64,000 nucleotides of DNA, taken from the NCBI RefSeq assembly GCF_963921235.1, contig NC_086120.1:11470001-11534000 (forward strand), read 5' to 3'. Positions 1-11,663 of this stretch are shown here, in pieces. Source of the stretch: Mobula hypostoma. Taxonomy: Eukaryota. The notes under the pieces are model-generated. The model had not been told where the DNA came from, did no database searches, and saw only the letters and a list, made by a program, of their open reading frames with translations. The position numbers and the translations under genes were made by a program. Positions within the stretch are counted from its first letter, which is position 1; each line of letters begins with the position of its first letter.

Positions 1-303
1 CCCCCGTCTTTCTTCCCGGACCTCCTGTCCCATGATCCTCTCGTATCCCCTTCTGCCTATCACCTGTCCAGCTCTCGGCTCCATCCCTCCCCCTCCTGTC
101 TTCTCCTATCATTTTGCATCTCCCCCTCCCCCTCCAGCTTTCAAATCCCTTACTCACTCTTCCTTCAGTTAGTCCTGACGAAGGGTCTCGGCCTGAAACG
201 TCGACTGCGCCTCTTCCTATAGATGCTGCCTGGCCTGCTGCGTTCACCAGCAACTTTGATGTATGTTGCTTGAATTTCCAGCATCTGCAGAAATCCTGTT
301 GTT
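1..303 (+). mobile_element. Penelope-like element (PLE) 3' region / pseudo-LTR, runs off the window start
   Basis: Pyrimidine-rich tract followed by the terminal block CTGACGAAGGGTCTCGGCCTGAAACGTCGACT...ATAGATGCTGCCTGGCCTGCTG...CCAGCATCTGCAGAA. The block recurs at 1140-1270(-), 41548(+) and 63637-63734(-). In the 1140-1690 copy it lies downstream of a PLE ORF-end remnant. Confidence 0.75.
171..206 (+). ncRNA. Minimal type I hammerhead ribozyme motif
   Basis: Stem I AGTC(171-174)/GACT(203-206); core CUGACGA (175-181); stem II AGG/CCT (182-184/192-194); GAAA (195-198); palindromic loop-less stem III ACGU; GUC cleavage triplet ending at 202. Confidence 0.7.
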
Positions 304-305
304 TA

Positions 306-715
306 TGATCCTCACAGCGCTGCCCTGCCTATCAAAATGGGAGTGGGCTCCATTCGTCAGGTTGATGACAGCATCGTCAATTCTAATGTGCTACTGGTAG
401 GCAAACTGGAAGGGACTGATCTGACCAGGGGTTCAAGGTGAGCCAGGATCAGCCTCTCTAGGGTCTTCATGATGTGTGAGGTCAGGGCCTCTGGACGGTA
501 GTTATTCAAGACTTTCAGTCAGCCCTTCTTGGGTACTGAGACCACACATGATGCTCTCCACACAGTCAGGGTCCTTTCCAGGCTGAAATTCAGATTGAAA
601 ATGCCATGGAGAACTCCACTCAGCTACTCAGCACACTCCTTCAGGACTTTGGGGTTTCCACCATCCGGTCCTGATGTTTGCTGTGTCTGAGTTTCCCGTC
701 TCACCTGCTCAGTCT
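306..715 (-). mobile_element. Rex1/Babar LINE RT fragment
   Basis: Reverse strand encodes decayed VPK..YRP.ALTSHIMKTLERL..LQFAY..DDAV motifs. Confidence 0.7.
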
Positions 716-1139
716 TTTTCTGTAACCAGGGCAATATGATCTTTCTTTTCTCTCACCTCACCCTTTTGCTTTTCTCTAATTCATTTCTCTTTTTGGTTGT
801 CATCTTCTACCTTCTCATTGGATCCCTTCCATGCATCCATTCCATCTAATTCCACTTCCTGAGTGTCACCTTCCTCTGAAACTCGTGACTTGCGAGTTGG
901 GAGGTTACTACAGAATCTAAAGAGTGAAATGTAATCTGTGTGCAGAAACGTTACATTTTGAGTGAGTCACGAAACTGGGGTCAACTTCCTCAGGTGGACA
1001 AAAAGGAACATTTGGCTGAGAAATTCTGGCTGGTTTGTGGTTAGGCACAACCTCCTCAAGATACTGATGCAGGAGTATTAGGAGCATTGAACTTGCACAA
1101 GAAAAACTTAGAAATGGAAAGGAATCTTTTACAAATTAG

Positions 1140-1690
1140 AGATCAAAGAGACTGCAGATACTGGAATCTGGAGCAACATGCAAAGTGTTGGAGGAACCCA
1201 ATGGGTCAGGCAGCATCTATAGAGGGAAATGGATGGTTGATGTTTTGCACTGAGGCCTTAATCTTGACTGAAAAGAAGGAGGGAGATAGTCAGTGTGAAA
1301 AGGTGAAGGAAACAGATGAGCAGGTGAAGATGCTGATAGGCAGGTGACAGAGGGTGGGAATAAAGTCAAAAATGGGAGGCGAAAGGTAGAAGCAACAAAG
1401 GGCTGAAGATGATGTAATCGGATAAGAGAGGAATGTGGATCATGGGATCAAGGGTGGAAGTGGGGGGACTGGTGGGAAGAGTGTGTGGGTGATGGGCTGT
1501 TGCAGAAGGTGAAAGAAGGCAGGAAGATAGGTCAATGGGAGATTGGAGGATTAGGGGGAATGAGAAAAGGGCAATATGGTGAAAGAGATGGGGTGGGGGA
1601 GTGAATACTGGACATTTGAGGGTTTAATGTTCATACTTCTATGTGGAGGCTATCCAAGCAGAATGGCTACACAAGTTGATGTCATCTTAG
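1140..1690 (-). mobile_element. Old Penelope-like element 3' part
   Basis: Reverse complement of the PLE terminal block (GACTGCAGATACTGGAATCTGG...CAGGCAGCATCTATAGAG), a purine-rich tract, and a remnant of the ORF end near 1620-1690. Confidence 0.6.
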
Positions 1691-3087
1691 CTCATCCAGA
1701 AATTGTGCTAATTTTCCCCAGGAAACTAAACTTTTAGAAAAAGCTATGAAACTGCTGGAAATCAGAAATAAAAATGGACAATGCTGGATACACTCAGCAG
1801 GTCAGGCAGCATCTTTAGAAAGAGAAACAGCTTGAGTTTCATATCTGGGATTCAGAATTGGGTTTAGACAGTTTTGCCGTGTTGAATATTGGCATATTCA
1901 TACTATGATCTTTGTTCAAGTCTTCCACCGACATTTCCATTCTCTCTCGCTCTTCCCGACAGTGACAACACAATGGCCAAGGCTTGTTTCATCTTCCCCA
2001 GTTCCATAACATGAGTCACATTCCAATCTAATTTTTCCAGCTTTAGTAAGGCTTGCTCTCATCAAATGCTGGTGGGATCCTATGACTGGAAACCATCCTC
2101 TGCTACCACTGTTAGCACCCAAACAACAAGGACATGGTTTTCTTTTGTTTAAACAACTTTACTTTCTAAGTCTCCCTCAATACCTGAGGGCCACCACCTT
2201 TACATCTCATAATTCCTCTCCCTCCACACGCATAACAGGGAGAGCGTGCATGCATACTAAATACTTACATAGTCCGCACGAACAAAACTCAACACACACC
2301 TGCTTCAAAAGGGCAACAAACGAACCGATGCTCAGGAAGTGCAGGGTGAGATGCCTCAGTGACCATCACCCAGTGGCACCCCCGTCTTATGTGATGAAGT
2401 GCTTTGAGAGACTGGTCATGACTAGAATCAACTCCTGCTTAAGCAAGGGCCGCTGCAATTTGCCGACACCACAATAAGCCCACAGTGGATGCAATCTCAC
2501 CGGCTCTCCACTCGGTCTTGGATCACATGGACAGTAGAAATACTTACGTCAGGCTATTGTTCAGCATTCAAAACAATCACACCATCAGATCTAATCAAAA
2601 AGCTCCAAAATCTGGGTCTCTGTACCTCCCTCTGCAACTGATCCCTGACTTCAACAACCGGAGACTACCGTCTGTGCAGATCCGAAATAACATCTCGTCA
2701 CTGCTCATCAACGCTGACGTACATCAAAGATGTGTGCTTAACCCACTGTTGTTCTCTCTACACCCATGATTGTGTGGCTAGGCACAGCTCAAACAAGATT
2801 TATGCATTTGCAGACAACATTGCTATTGTCAGCAGAATTTCAGATGGTGATGAGAAGTCGTACAGGAGCGAGACAGATCAGCTGGTTGAGTGGTGTCACA
2901 GCAACAACCTTCCACTCAACATCAGGAACATCAAGGAATTGATTGTGGACTTCAGGAAGGTAAGTTGAGGAAACACACACCAGCCCTCATCAGGGGATCA
3001 GAAGCAAAAACGTTGAGCGGCTTCAACACCTCTGAAGGCCTATCCTGGGCCCAATTTATTGATGCATTATAAAGAAGGCATGACAAA

Positions 3088-3196
3088 TCAAGTCAAGTCG
3101 AGTCAAGTCAAATCGCTTTTGTTGTCATTTCAACCATAACTGCTGGTACAGTACACAGTAAAAACGAAACAACAATCCTTCAGGACCATGGTGCTC
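3088..3196 (-). mobile_element. Short LINE 3'-tail insertion with (TTGAC)n tail
   Basis: (AGTCA)n repeat plus about 85 bp interrupting Rex1 coding sequence. Confidence 0.55.
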
Positions 3197-3614
3197 TCTG
3201 AGTTTGAGAAGAATTAGTTTGTCACCAAAGACACTTGCGAATTTCTACAGATGTACCATGGAGAGCATTCTAACTGGTTACATCGCTGCCTGGTATGGAG
3301 GGGCCACTGTACAAGATCAGAAAGAGATGCAGAAAGTTTTAAACGCAGCCAGCTCAATCATTGGCACTAGCCTCATCAGCTACGAGGATTCCTTCAAAGT
3401 GCATTGCCTCTAATAGGCGGCATCCATCACTAAGGGCCCCATCACCCAGGAAATGCCCTCTTCTCATTGCTACCATCCAGGAGCCTGAATACACACATCC
3501 AGCATTTGAGGAACAGCTTCTTCCTCTCTGCCATCAAATTTCTGAATCGACAATAAACAAATTATTTTTTCCTTCTCTTTATGCAATACTTATTTAATTT
3601 ATATTGTCAATATA

Positions 3615-4935
3615 TAAGATAAGATAAAACTTTATTTATCCTGAAGGAAATTAGTGTTGTGGAACATTAGGTTTCCTCGGCTGCGTAAGTCTAGGGAAGA
3701 CAATCTCCAGCCTCGCCAGACTTGTGGGATTGAGGCGCGAATCCCACTCAAGACCCCCTTTGTGTGGATACTGTGTAATTCGCTACCCCGTTACAAATTA
3801 GTGCCACAGAATAACAGACAGTACACCACATACTTTAAAAGATTCATCTTTATAATTCTTAATTTGACTAAAGGGTTAGTAAAGAAAAGAACAAAAAAAA
3901 GAAAAAAAGGCCCATTTTAATGAAACAGTCACAAGATGGAGCTCAGAGTTTCCCCAAGTCACCAATCCTCAATCGATCTCACCCCGAGCTTTGTCAAATC
4001 ACGGTCCCGCTCCAGGTCAAATCCTACGACCTGTTCTCTCTGGTGTCTTCCCTCTTCATCTCCTCTCGAACAAAAGCCCCAACCCCAACCTTAGTGTCCC
4101 TCACCAGAGAAACCTCCCCTTCAATTCGACCATCCTAATTGGATGGCACACATTTCTCCTCATCTCTTATCTTCAGGAATAACCCAAACATAAGGTGAAA
4201 ACAAGCAGCTCTCACAGAACTGCCAAAATGAAATACAGAACAGCACAAAATGAAATACACACAGCACAACAGTAAAAATATGAACCATGGTATTACAGTT
4301 GTAAGGTTACTCAGTCAGAAATATAAAATGTAAGCATTGAGGTATGAAAAAACAAAAAATGTGCATTAAAAAGTAATAGTGCAAAATACAGATGTGCAAT
4401 GAAACCATATACTTATATACTTAAGGAGAAGGAGTTGTTGAGTCTTATAGTCACAGGGAGAAAGGATCTCCTGTGGCGTTCAGTGGCGCCCCTCGGAGGA
4501 ATCAGTCTGTTACTAAAGGTGCTCCTCTGTCCAGTCAGTCATAGAGGGGGTGAGAGGGATTGTCCATAATACTACGTAGTTTCTGCAGCATCCTCCTCTC
4601 AGACACAACCACCAGGGAATCCCGTTCCACCCCCTGAACCGAACCAGCCTTCCTGACGAGCTTATGGATCTTCTTGGCATCAGCAGCTCTCATCCTGCTG
4701 CCCCAGCAGACAACAGCGTAGAATAGAACGCTGGCCACCACTGAGTCATAGAACATCTGCGGCATAGTACTGCAGATGTTAAATGAACGGAGCTTCCCCA
4801 GGAAGTACTGTCAGCTCTGTCCCTACTTGTGCAGAGCCTCTGTATTTTTAGCCCAGTCCAGTTTATTGTCCAGGTGAGTTCCTAGGTATTTGTAGTCCCC
4901 GATGACTTCCACATCTGCTCCCTTGATGGAGATAC
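3615..4935 (-). mobile_element. Rex1/Babar LINE 3' part (antisense), interrupted by a solo LTR
   Basis: ORF 4535-4765 FYDSVVASVLFYAVVCWG..DNPSHPL; YKYLGTHLDNKLDW upstream on the minus strand; (AAGAT)n tail at 3615-3628. Confidence 0.85.
3660..4297 (-). mobile_element. Solo LTR
   Basis: TG...CA termini flanked by the 4-bp direct repeat GTTG (3656-3659 and 4298-4301). Shares blocks (GTACACCACAT, AAAAGG.CC, CTGC.AAAATGAAATAC, GG.ATTACA) with the LTR at 50591-51445; strand taken from that copy's PBS. Confidence 0.7.
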
Positions 4936-6083
4936 ACAGTACATCTTATTCTTTATAGTTTTGCAATGTTCTGTTGTCACAATTTCCACAAATTTCATGG
5001 CCTATGCTGTTGATAACAAACCTGATTCTGATTGTGTTTGAAATATGCAAACTCTGATGAGTTTACAAGGCACGTATTGAGACAATTTTTCCTCGTATGG
5101 GTGCAAGTAGAATTAGGATTACTGTTTAATGAGATATCACTATCTAAGCGGAGATGAAGTGACACGTTTCACTTTTAGAAGATTCAGAAGTTTTGTAACT
5201 CTCCTCCTTTAGGGTGAAGCTGAGTGATAGAATATTTTAAAGTGGAGGTGTATTGATGCTTGACAAGCAAAGAAGTAAGGTAGGCCGATACGCGAATTTA
5301 AGCTTATAAACTGATCAGCGATTTTCTTATTCAATGGCATAACAGGTTCAAAGGAGCCATTAGCCTATTCTTGTTCCAAATTCACCTGTCTATATGCTCA
5401 GTTAAATTTCATGACTGGCTTGATTGACTAAGAATATAGCTGTAAACGTGATTACTCCTGGTTAATTCAATTCTCATTTGTAAAATTGCAGAGGAAAACA
5501 GTGAGGTAGATTGAATTCTAGACCCCTAGTAGTCAGTCACTCCCTTGCTGATTGTTTTTGCATATCATGGTGAGTTATTCATATTAGAAATGATAATAAA
5601 TTGTTATGAGTGTAAACCAAGTCCCTGGAGAGACAGTGAAGCTTGTGGATATACAAGTGTTTATTCAGTAAAACAAGCAGCAGGCATCATATGGGAGACA
5701 CTCTCAGAAGAAGAGGCCTGTCTTACCCAATATTACTTGACATTTTAATATGCTAAAGATCAAAGGTAACAACAGGCTAATTCTATAGTTACAATGTATC
5801 CACAATACTGCCTTTGAATTTCATAAAATTTTCAGACACCTTCATACTCATACCCACACTCCAGACACCCAAAATGGATCCCAATCCCCACAGACTCTGG
5901 GCCACATTTGTGCAAATGCAGGCATCTGAGGTCAAATGGAGTGTTGCTTCGTTTGTAATCAGCCCGAGTCTTCAGGTTCAAGACCCCCATTTTCTGAGTG
6001 TATTTTAAGCTCAATCTACAATCCAGTTTAGGTCTGAAGACTGGTTGCTGTTGAAATTAGTATTTCCTATATACCATAACTCC

Positions 6084-6886
6084 AGATAAATGTGAGGTTA
6101 TCCACTTTGGTGGTAAGAATCGGAAGGCAGATTATTATCTAAATGGAGTCAAGTTAGGAAAAGGGGAAGCACAATGAGACCTAGGTATTCTTGTACATCA
6201 GTCACTGAAAGCAAGCATGCAGGTACAGCAGGCAGTGAAGAAAGCTAATGGTATGTTGGCCTTCATAACAAGGGGAACTGAGTATAAGAGCAAAGAGGTC
6301 CTTCTGCAGCTGTACAAGGCCCTGGTGAGACCACACCTGGAGTACTGTGTGCAGTTTTGGTCTCCAAATTTGAGGAAGGACATTCTTGCTATTAAGGGAG
6401 TGCAGCGTAGGTTCACAAGGTTAATTCCCGGGATGGCGGGACTGTCATATGTCGAAAGACTGGGCTTGTATACTCTGGAATTTAGAAGGCTGAGAGGGGA
6501 TCTTGTTGAAACATATAAGATTATTAAGGGATTGGATACGCTGCAGGCAGGAAGCATGTTTCCACTGATGGGTGAGCCCAGAACCAGAGGCCACAGTTTA
6601 CGAATAAGGGGTAGGCCATTTAGAACGGAGTTGAGGAAAAACTTTTTCACCCAGAGAGTGGTGGATATATGGAATGCTCTGCCCCAGAAGGCTGTGGAGT
6701 CCAAGTCTCTGGATGCTTTCAAAAAAGAGATGGATAGAGCTCTTAAAGATAGCGGAATCAAAGGTTATGGGGATAGGACAGGAACTGGATACTGATAGTG
6801 GATGATCAGCCATGATCACAGTGAATGGCGGTGCTGGGTCGAAGGGCCGAATGGCCTACTCCTGCACCTATTGTCTATTGTCTATT
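6084..6886 (+). mobile_element. Young 5'-truncated CR1 LINE
   Basis: Uninterrupted ORF2 C-terminus 6217-6795 ([47 protein letters not shown]); 3' stem-loop GGGCCGAATGGCC; tail (CTATTGT)n. Confidence 0.92.
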
Positions 6887-7090
6887 TACCCCTTAACGAC
6901 ATTTCATTTCAGAAGTGATAGTTGCCAATTAACTTATCGAGCATAAATCTTTGGGATGTGACAGGCAAGTGGAGTATCCCAAGGAAAACCATGCAGTCAC
7001 AGGAAGAAAGTGATAACGTAACACAGGCAGCACTGGAGGTCAGGATCAAACTTGCGTCACTGGAACTGTAATGCAGCAGCTCTATCACTC
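6887..7090 (-). mobile_element. tRNA-derived V-SINE (HE1-like), decayed
   Basis: Reverse complement of the V-domain-like core (CTTTGGGATGTG..GGAAAACCATGCAGTCACAGG) and of the tRNA-like head. Confidence 0.6.
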
Positions 7091-7130
7091 TAACAGACTC
7101 AAGACTCCAGCTTCAGAATTGGAAGGTTAC

Positions 7131-8327
7131 TGTAACCCAGGTTAATTAAACCCAAAGATGTAATGGTAGAAAGCTCCATGTGTGGAGGAATAAAAATGAG
7201 GTTTACTGAATTAAAAAAAAGAGAACTTGGGGGGGAAAAAAAACTGCGAGAACGAGGCTTGGCTGACACAGTGAGGGAAAGTGAGAGAAACGCAGCAAAC
7301 TATTAGAAACTAAAGATATAAACTGTTATAAGTGGAATTAGTAATGAGTATCTCTACCCTACATACTTGAAAATCTCAGGGTGAAACCACTGGAGAAGAG
7401 ACAATAGCAATAAAAGATTTATTGAAGTTATGGCTATAACAGGCAGCAGCTATAGTGAGACAATATTGGCAGAGATGAGTGTCCAAGATCTCCATTGGGT
7501 AACCGGGAATTAGTTCTGTTAAATCATACCAAGGGATTTGATCAGTTTTTTTGTGTAAGTATTGTGAATTGACCTTCCATGGATGATCACCTATTTCATC
7601 CAACGAAACAAGAAACAAGATGGTGAACCACCCAAGATCGAAGAACCAGAGCAGGAATGAAATGATTATGGCTGGATGGATAAGTTTATTTTCACTCGAA
7701 CGATCAGAATTTGATTCTCTGAAAGAATTGATTATTTCTTCAAAGACTTTGATCAGTTACTGAATGAGATTTACCTTGTTTAAAAGTGGTGATGTTGGAG
7801 AATTTGTTGTGAAAAGAATTAAATTGTATATATATAGTATATATTTTTGGGAGAGATTTGAATTTGTAGATATACTGACCTGGAACTGAAACTGAAGTTA
7901 ACCATAATACTTAAGAATAGGATTTCAAACAGTTTCCTAACTAACTAACGATAAATAGAAAGGGAATTGTTAGTCTGTAAACTTTTAAATAGGGAATAAC
8001 ACCAGTTCTAATTAGAGAAACTGGGGTCACAGAGTTTATTTTAATCAATATCCCTGATTCTAACCAAACAAGACTTTCGTTTTGGTTTGATGTCTGAAAT
8101 TTGGAACCTAAACAGAATGTTGGAATTTTGAATTGTTCTTACTCATGTAACAATTTTGTATATATTGTACTTTTTTATAAACAAAACTTACTTCCAGAAG
8201 TGTGTTTTCTATTCACTGTCTCCTTAGGGCTTCAGATAGACTACTAGCACCTAGTGTAGTACTATGTGATTTGAATTCCTCATAAAGAGTGCGGCGACCA
8301 GTCACATGAGATAAGACGAGCACTACA
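7131..8327. mobile_element. Probable long solo LTR, unclassified
   Basis: Begins TGTAACCC and ends near CACTACA; non-coding with an LTR-like texture. No TSD found. Confidence 0.35.
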
Positions 8328-8423
8328 CAGGTGTTGCAAGGCCTTGTGTGAATTTAAGAGAGAATATTGCACGAATAACTAGTCACTAAGCAGCATCTTG
8401 GGCACCAGGTCTCACTGTAATGG

Positions 8424-8760
8424 GTGGCACATTGGCACAGCTGGTTATGCTACTACTTCACAGCAGCAGAGACCAGGGTTCAGTCCTGGCCTCCAGTGCT
8501 GTCTGTGTGGAATTTGCACATTCCTCCTGTAACCACTGGATTATTTGATTTCCTCCCAAATCCCAAAGTCAGAACGTCAATGGGTTTATTGGCTAGATTA
8601 AGCAGCCTCTGGTGTGGGGGAGAGGCAGAATCTGAGAGTTTCTGGCATTGATGAGAATGTGTGGAGAATGAAAAAATGGGACTAATGTCGGATTGGAAAT
8701 CATGAGTGCATGATGGTTGGGATTAGATGGGTTGACAACCTTATTCCTGCTGTAGATATT
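8424..8760 (+). mobile_element. tRNA-derived V-SINE (HE1-like)
   Basis: A-box-like TGGCACAGCTGG, B-box-like GGTTCAGTCC, then GGAATTTGCACATTCCTCC..TTTCCTCCCAAATCCCAAAG core and a CR1-like 3' tail. Confidence 0.7.
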
Positions 8761-10884
8761 GCAAATTGTACAAAGTGCAACTTTGGCTTCATCTCGTGGA
8801 AGTAAAGGATCAGGCTGAGAGTTTGTCCTTTGGGCACAGTCAAGGCTGCACCCAAAATGCACTCGCATTATGTCGATCAGGTCACAGTTCAAGTGTCTAA
8901 TAAAAAATTAATTAACGTTTTCTCAAATGTAAAATCTCCCTTGAGCAAGTGCAATTTTGCAGCGTATTGGACCATAAATGTTCATTAATCTTTGCTTCAT
9001 TAATGTATCTCAGAGTGGAAAGCTCACCCACTTTCATTAATAGAGCTGAAAATAGGTTCTGAAACAAATAAACATTTTCAGTCTTAAAATGTAGACCTCC
9101 GCCTGCGAGGGAGCTGATATAAAATCAATAAAATTTCCTAGAAATATGTCACTGCCCCAATTATTATTCACATTCATGTGCTCAAATGATAAGTTAATAT
9201 TTGATTGGAATAAAATTAGAATCATGAAATGGAGCTGGGTTTGATGATGCTACCTAATCTAATCCAGCCGGCAGACTCTCATATCCATGACTGGGCATGT
9301 GGCTAGTTTTCTTGAATGGGTCTGATCCAGGTGAATCAAATTTTAAACCGACATAAAAGAGTGCAGAAAATATCAGTGTAAATTGTCTTGATTATAACTC
9401 CCGACATTTTCATCTTTGAAATTTGTGAGCTTTTCATCCCAAATTCCATTGAAATCATTAGCACAAATGAACAGACACTCTACCCATCTTTGACACCTAT
9501 AAACTCTAATTATTTAAGCCAGATATTAATGATTAATACACTGGCAGCTATTCAGTAAAATAGAGTTCATACTGTTACTTCTTTATTGCTTTGCTTACAA
9601 CCGTACACTGTGAAATATATTCTGTTATCCTTAAAAGTACGCAACGTTCTGAAAGTGAGTATATTAGTATAAATGAATAATAACATTATATCACTCAAAG
9701 ATAGTCAATAAATATTCTTTTCTCAGTCCACATGATATTTGGTCATAACGGACGTGGCCACTGAAGTCGTTCAATTTCAAAGCTATTGTTTGCTCTAAAG
9801 AACTGGCATATATCACAAAGATAGCACATACTCAAGCAGAGCAGATACAAGTTATCCTTCTTTCAATTCAATTCATTTCTCACCAGAAGGTTTTAATTGG
9901 CTCTTTGCTTCTCTATCATACTGAGACATATCTAGGGATATTTCCAGAAGGAATTAGACTGTAATTAGAGAGTCTCCTCCCTTAAATCAAGCTCGCTCAA
10001 TTCAGGCCAGGCTTGTTTTAGATGAGCAGTGAACTTCTTCCCTCATTGTTCCAATAACATGCATCAATCCCATCACTACACTGATGTGGCAGATCTTCAA
10101 GTTCCCACACATTCCCTGTGTTCTGTGATCAATTGTCAGATTAGTGTTAAATTAGGGATCATTTTATAATTGAATTTCAAGGTTTGACAACTTTTATTTG
10201 GACAAGGATGTGTAAACACTAGAAAATTGTAGCATGCTGGAAAAGCTTGTCTGGTTCTCAATTGAATTTGGATCAGACCCACATATACATCTGAAGTTGC
10301 ATAGCTGCTCATTATTCTCTTGATCAGACTGCAGTTAAAATTTGCTTTCTATCACCGCTTTCTTTTCTCATTGGTTTCTTCTTCTCCCTGCTACAATACA
10401 TTGGTCTGTAATGGATTCAAGGAATTTCCACCTCCTAGTACCTAATTCAATTGAAAATGGATTCTGTGACCATAAGTATCAGGTTATTCAAATACAGATG
10501 AAAACATATATTAAAAAACTACTGCTGATGTTGAAAGTCTGAAATAAATTGGGAAATGTGGAGAATATTCAGCAGGCAGGCAGCAGCTCTGGAGAGAGAA
10601 GCTGAATTAGCATTTCAGGTTGAAGAATTTTTGATTGAGCCCTACTTAAATACTGAACATCACAGTTGGACTGAAATTTATTTCTGCCTGTATACTTTGG
10701 CGGAGGATTGCAATCAGAGTAGGGATTTGAGCTGATGTTCTCCCAACTAAAACAGACCATATTCAGAGAATGTCATCCCTGGATGGAGTGCAGCCATTCC
10801 CTGAGTAAACCTGCTGGCCCATTTGCTTTAAATAAGCATACAACTTTTTAAACATTTTATTGCTCTTCTCTATTCCTAACTCCA

Positions 10885-11663
10885 GTGGCTAAGTGGTATA
10901 ATAACAACAACCTTTCACTCAATGTCAATAAGATCAAGGAACTGATTGTAGACGCCATGAGTCAGTAATCATCAGAGGATCAGAGCTGGAGAAGGGCAGT
11001 AACTTCAAATTTCTGGGTGTCACTATCTCAGAGGACTTGTTCTAACCCATCACATAATTATTATGGCAAAGAAAGCACGACAGCACTTTTATTTCCTCAG
11101 GAGTCTGCAGAGGTTTGGCATGTCATCGAAAACCTTGGCAAACTGGTGGAAAGTGTGCTGACTGATTGCATTACGGCCTGGTATGGCAACACCAATGCCT
11201 GTGAGTGGAAATCCCTACAAAATGTAGTGGATTCAGCCCAGTGCATCATGGGTAAAATTCTCCCAACCATTGAGCACATCTACATGAAACACTGCAGTAG
11301 AAAAGCAGCGTCCACCATCAAAGACCCTCACCACCCAGGCCATGCTCTTTTCTCATTGCTGCCATCAAGCAGAAGGTACAGGTGCCTCAGGACTCACACC
11401 ACCAGGTTCAAGAACAGTTACTACTCCATCAGGCTGTTGAACAAAAGAGGATAGCTACACTCATTTAAGGACTCTGTTATTTTGTTATTTCATGCTGATT
11501 ATTTATTGCTATTTATTTATATCTGCATTTGCATAGTTTATTTACCGTCAACAATTCCTAATATTACTGTTCTATAGATTTGCTAGATATGCTGCAGAAA
11601 AAGAATCTCGGGGTTGTATGTGGTGACAGGTATGCACTCTGATAATACATTTTACTTTGAACT
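10885..11663 (+). mobile_element. Rex1/Babar LINE 3' part
   Basis: KIKELIVD and FKFLGV motifs; ORF 11017-11454 ESVLTDCITAWYG..KDPHHPGHALFSLLPSSRRYR..TTRFKNS; tail ACTTTGAACTT. Confidence 0.85.

Larger units (their letters stand above)
2290..5033 (+). mobile_element. Rex1/Babar LINE, 5'-truncated, interrupted at 3088-3196 and 3615-4935; its 3' tail resumes at about 4938
   Basis: ORF fragments [43 protein letters not shown] and NFYRCTMESILTG; tail AAACCTGATTCTGATT at 5018-5033. Confidence 0.85.

Noticed and set aside
6198-6761. 187-aa minus-strand ORF
   Set aside because: Antisense shadow of the intact CR1 ORF2 end; not a host gene.
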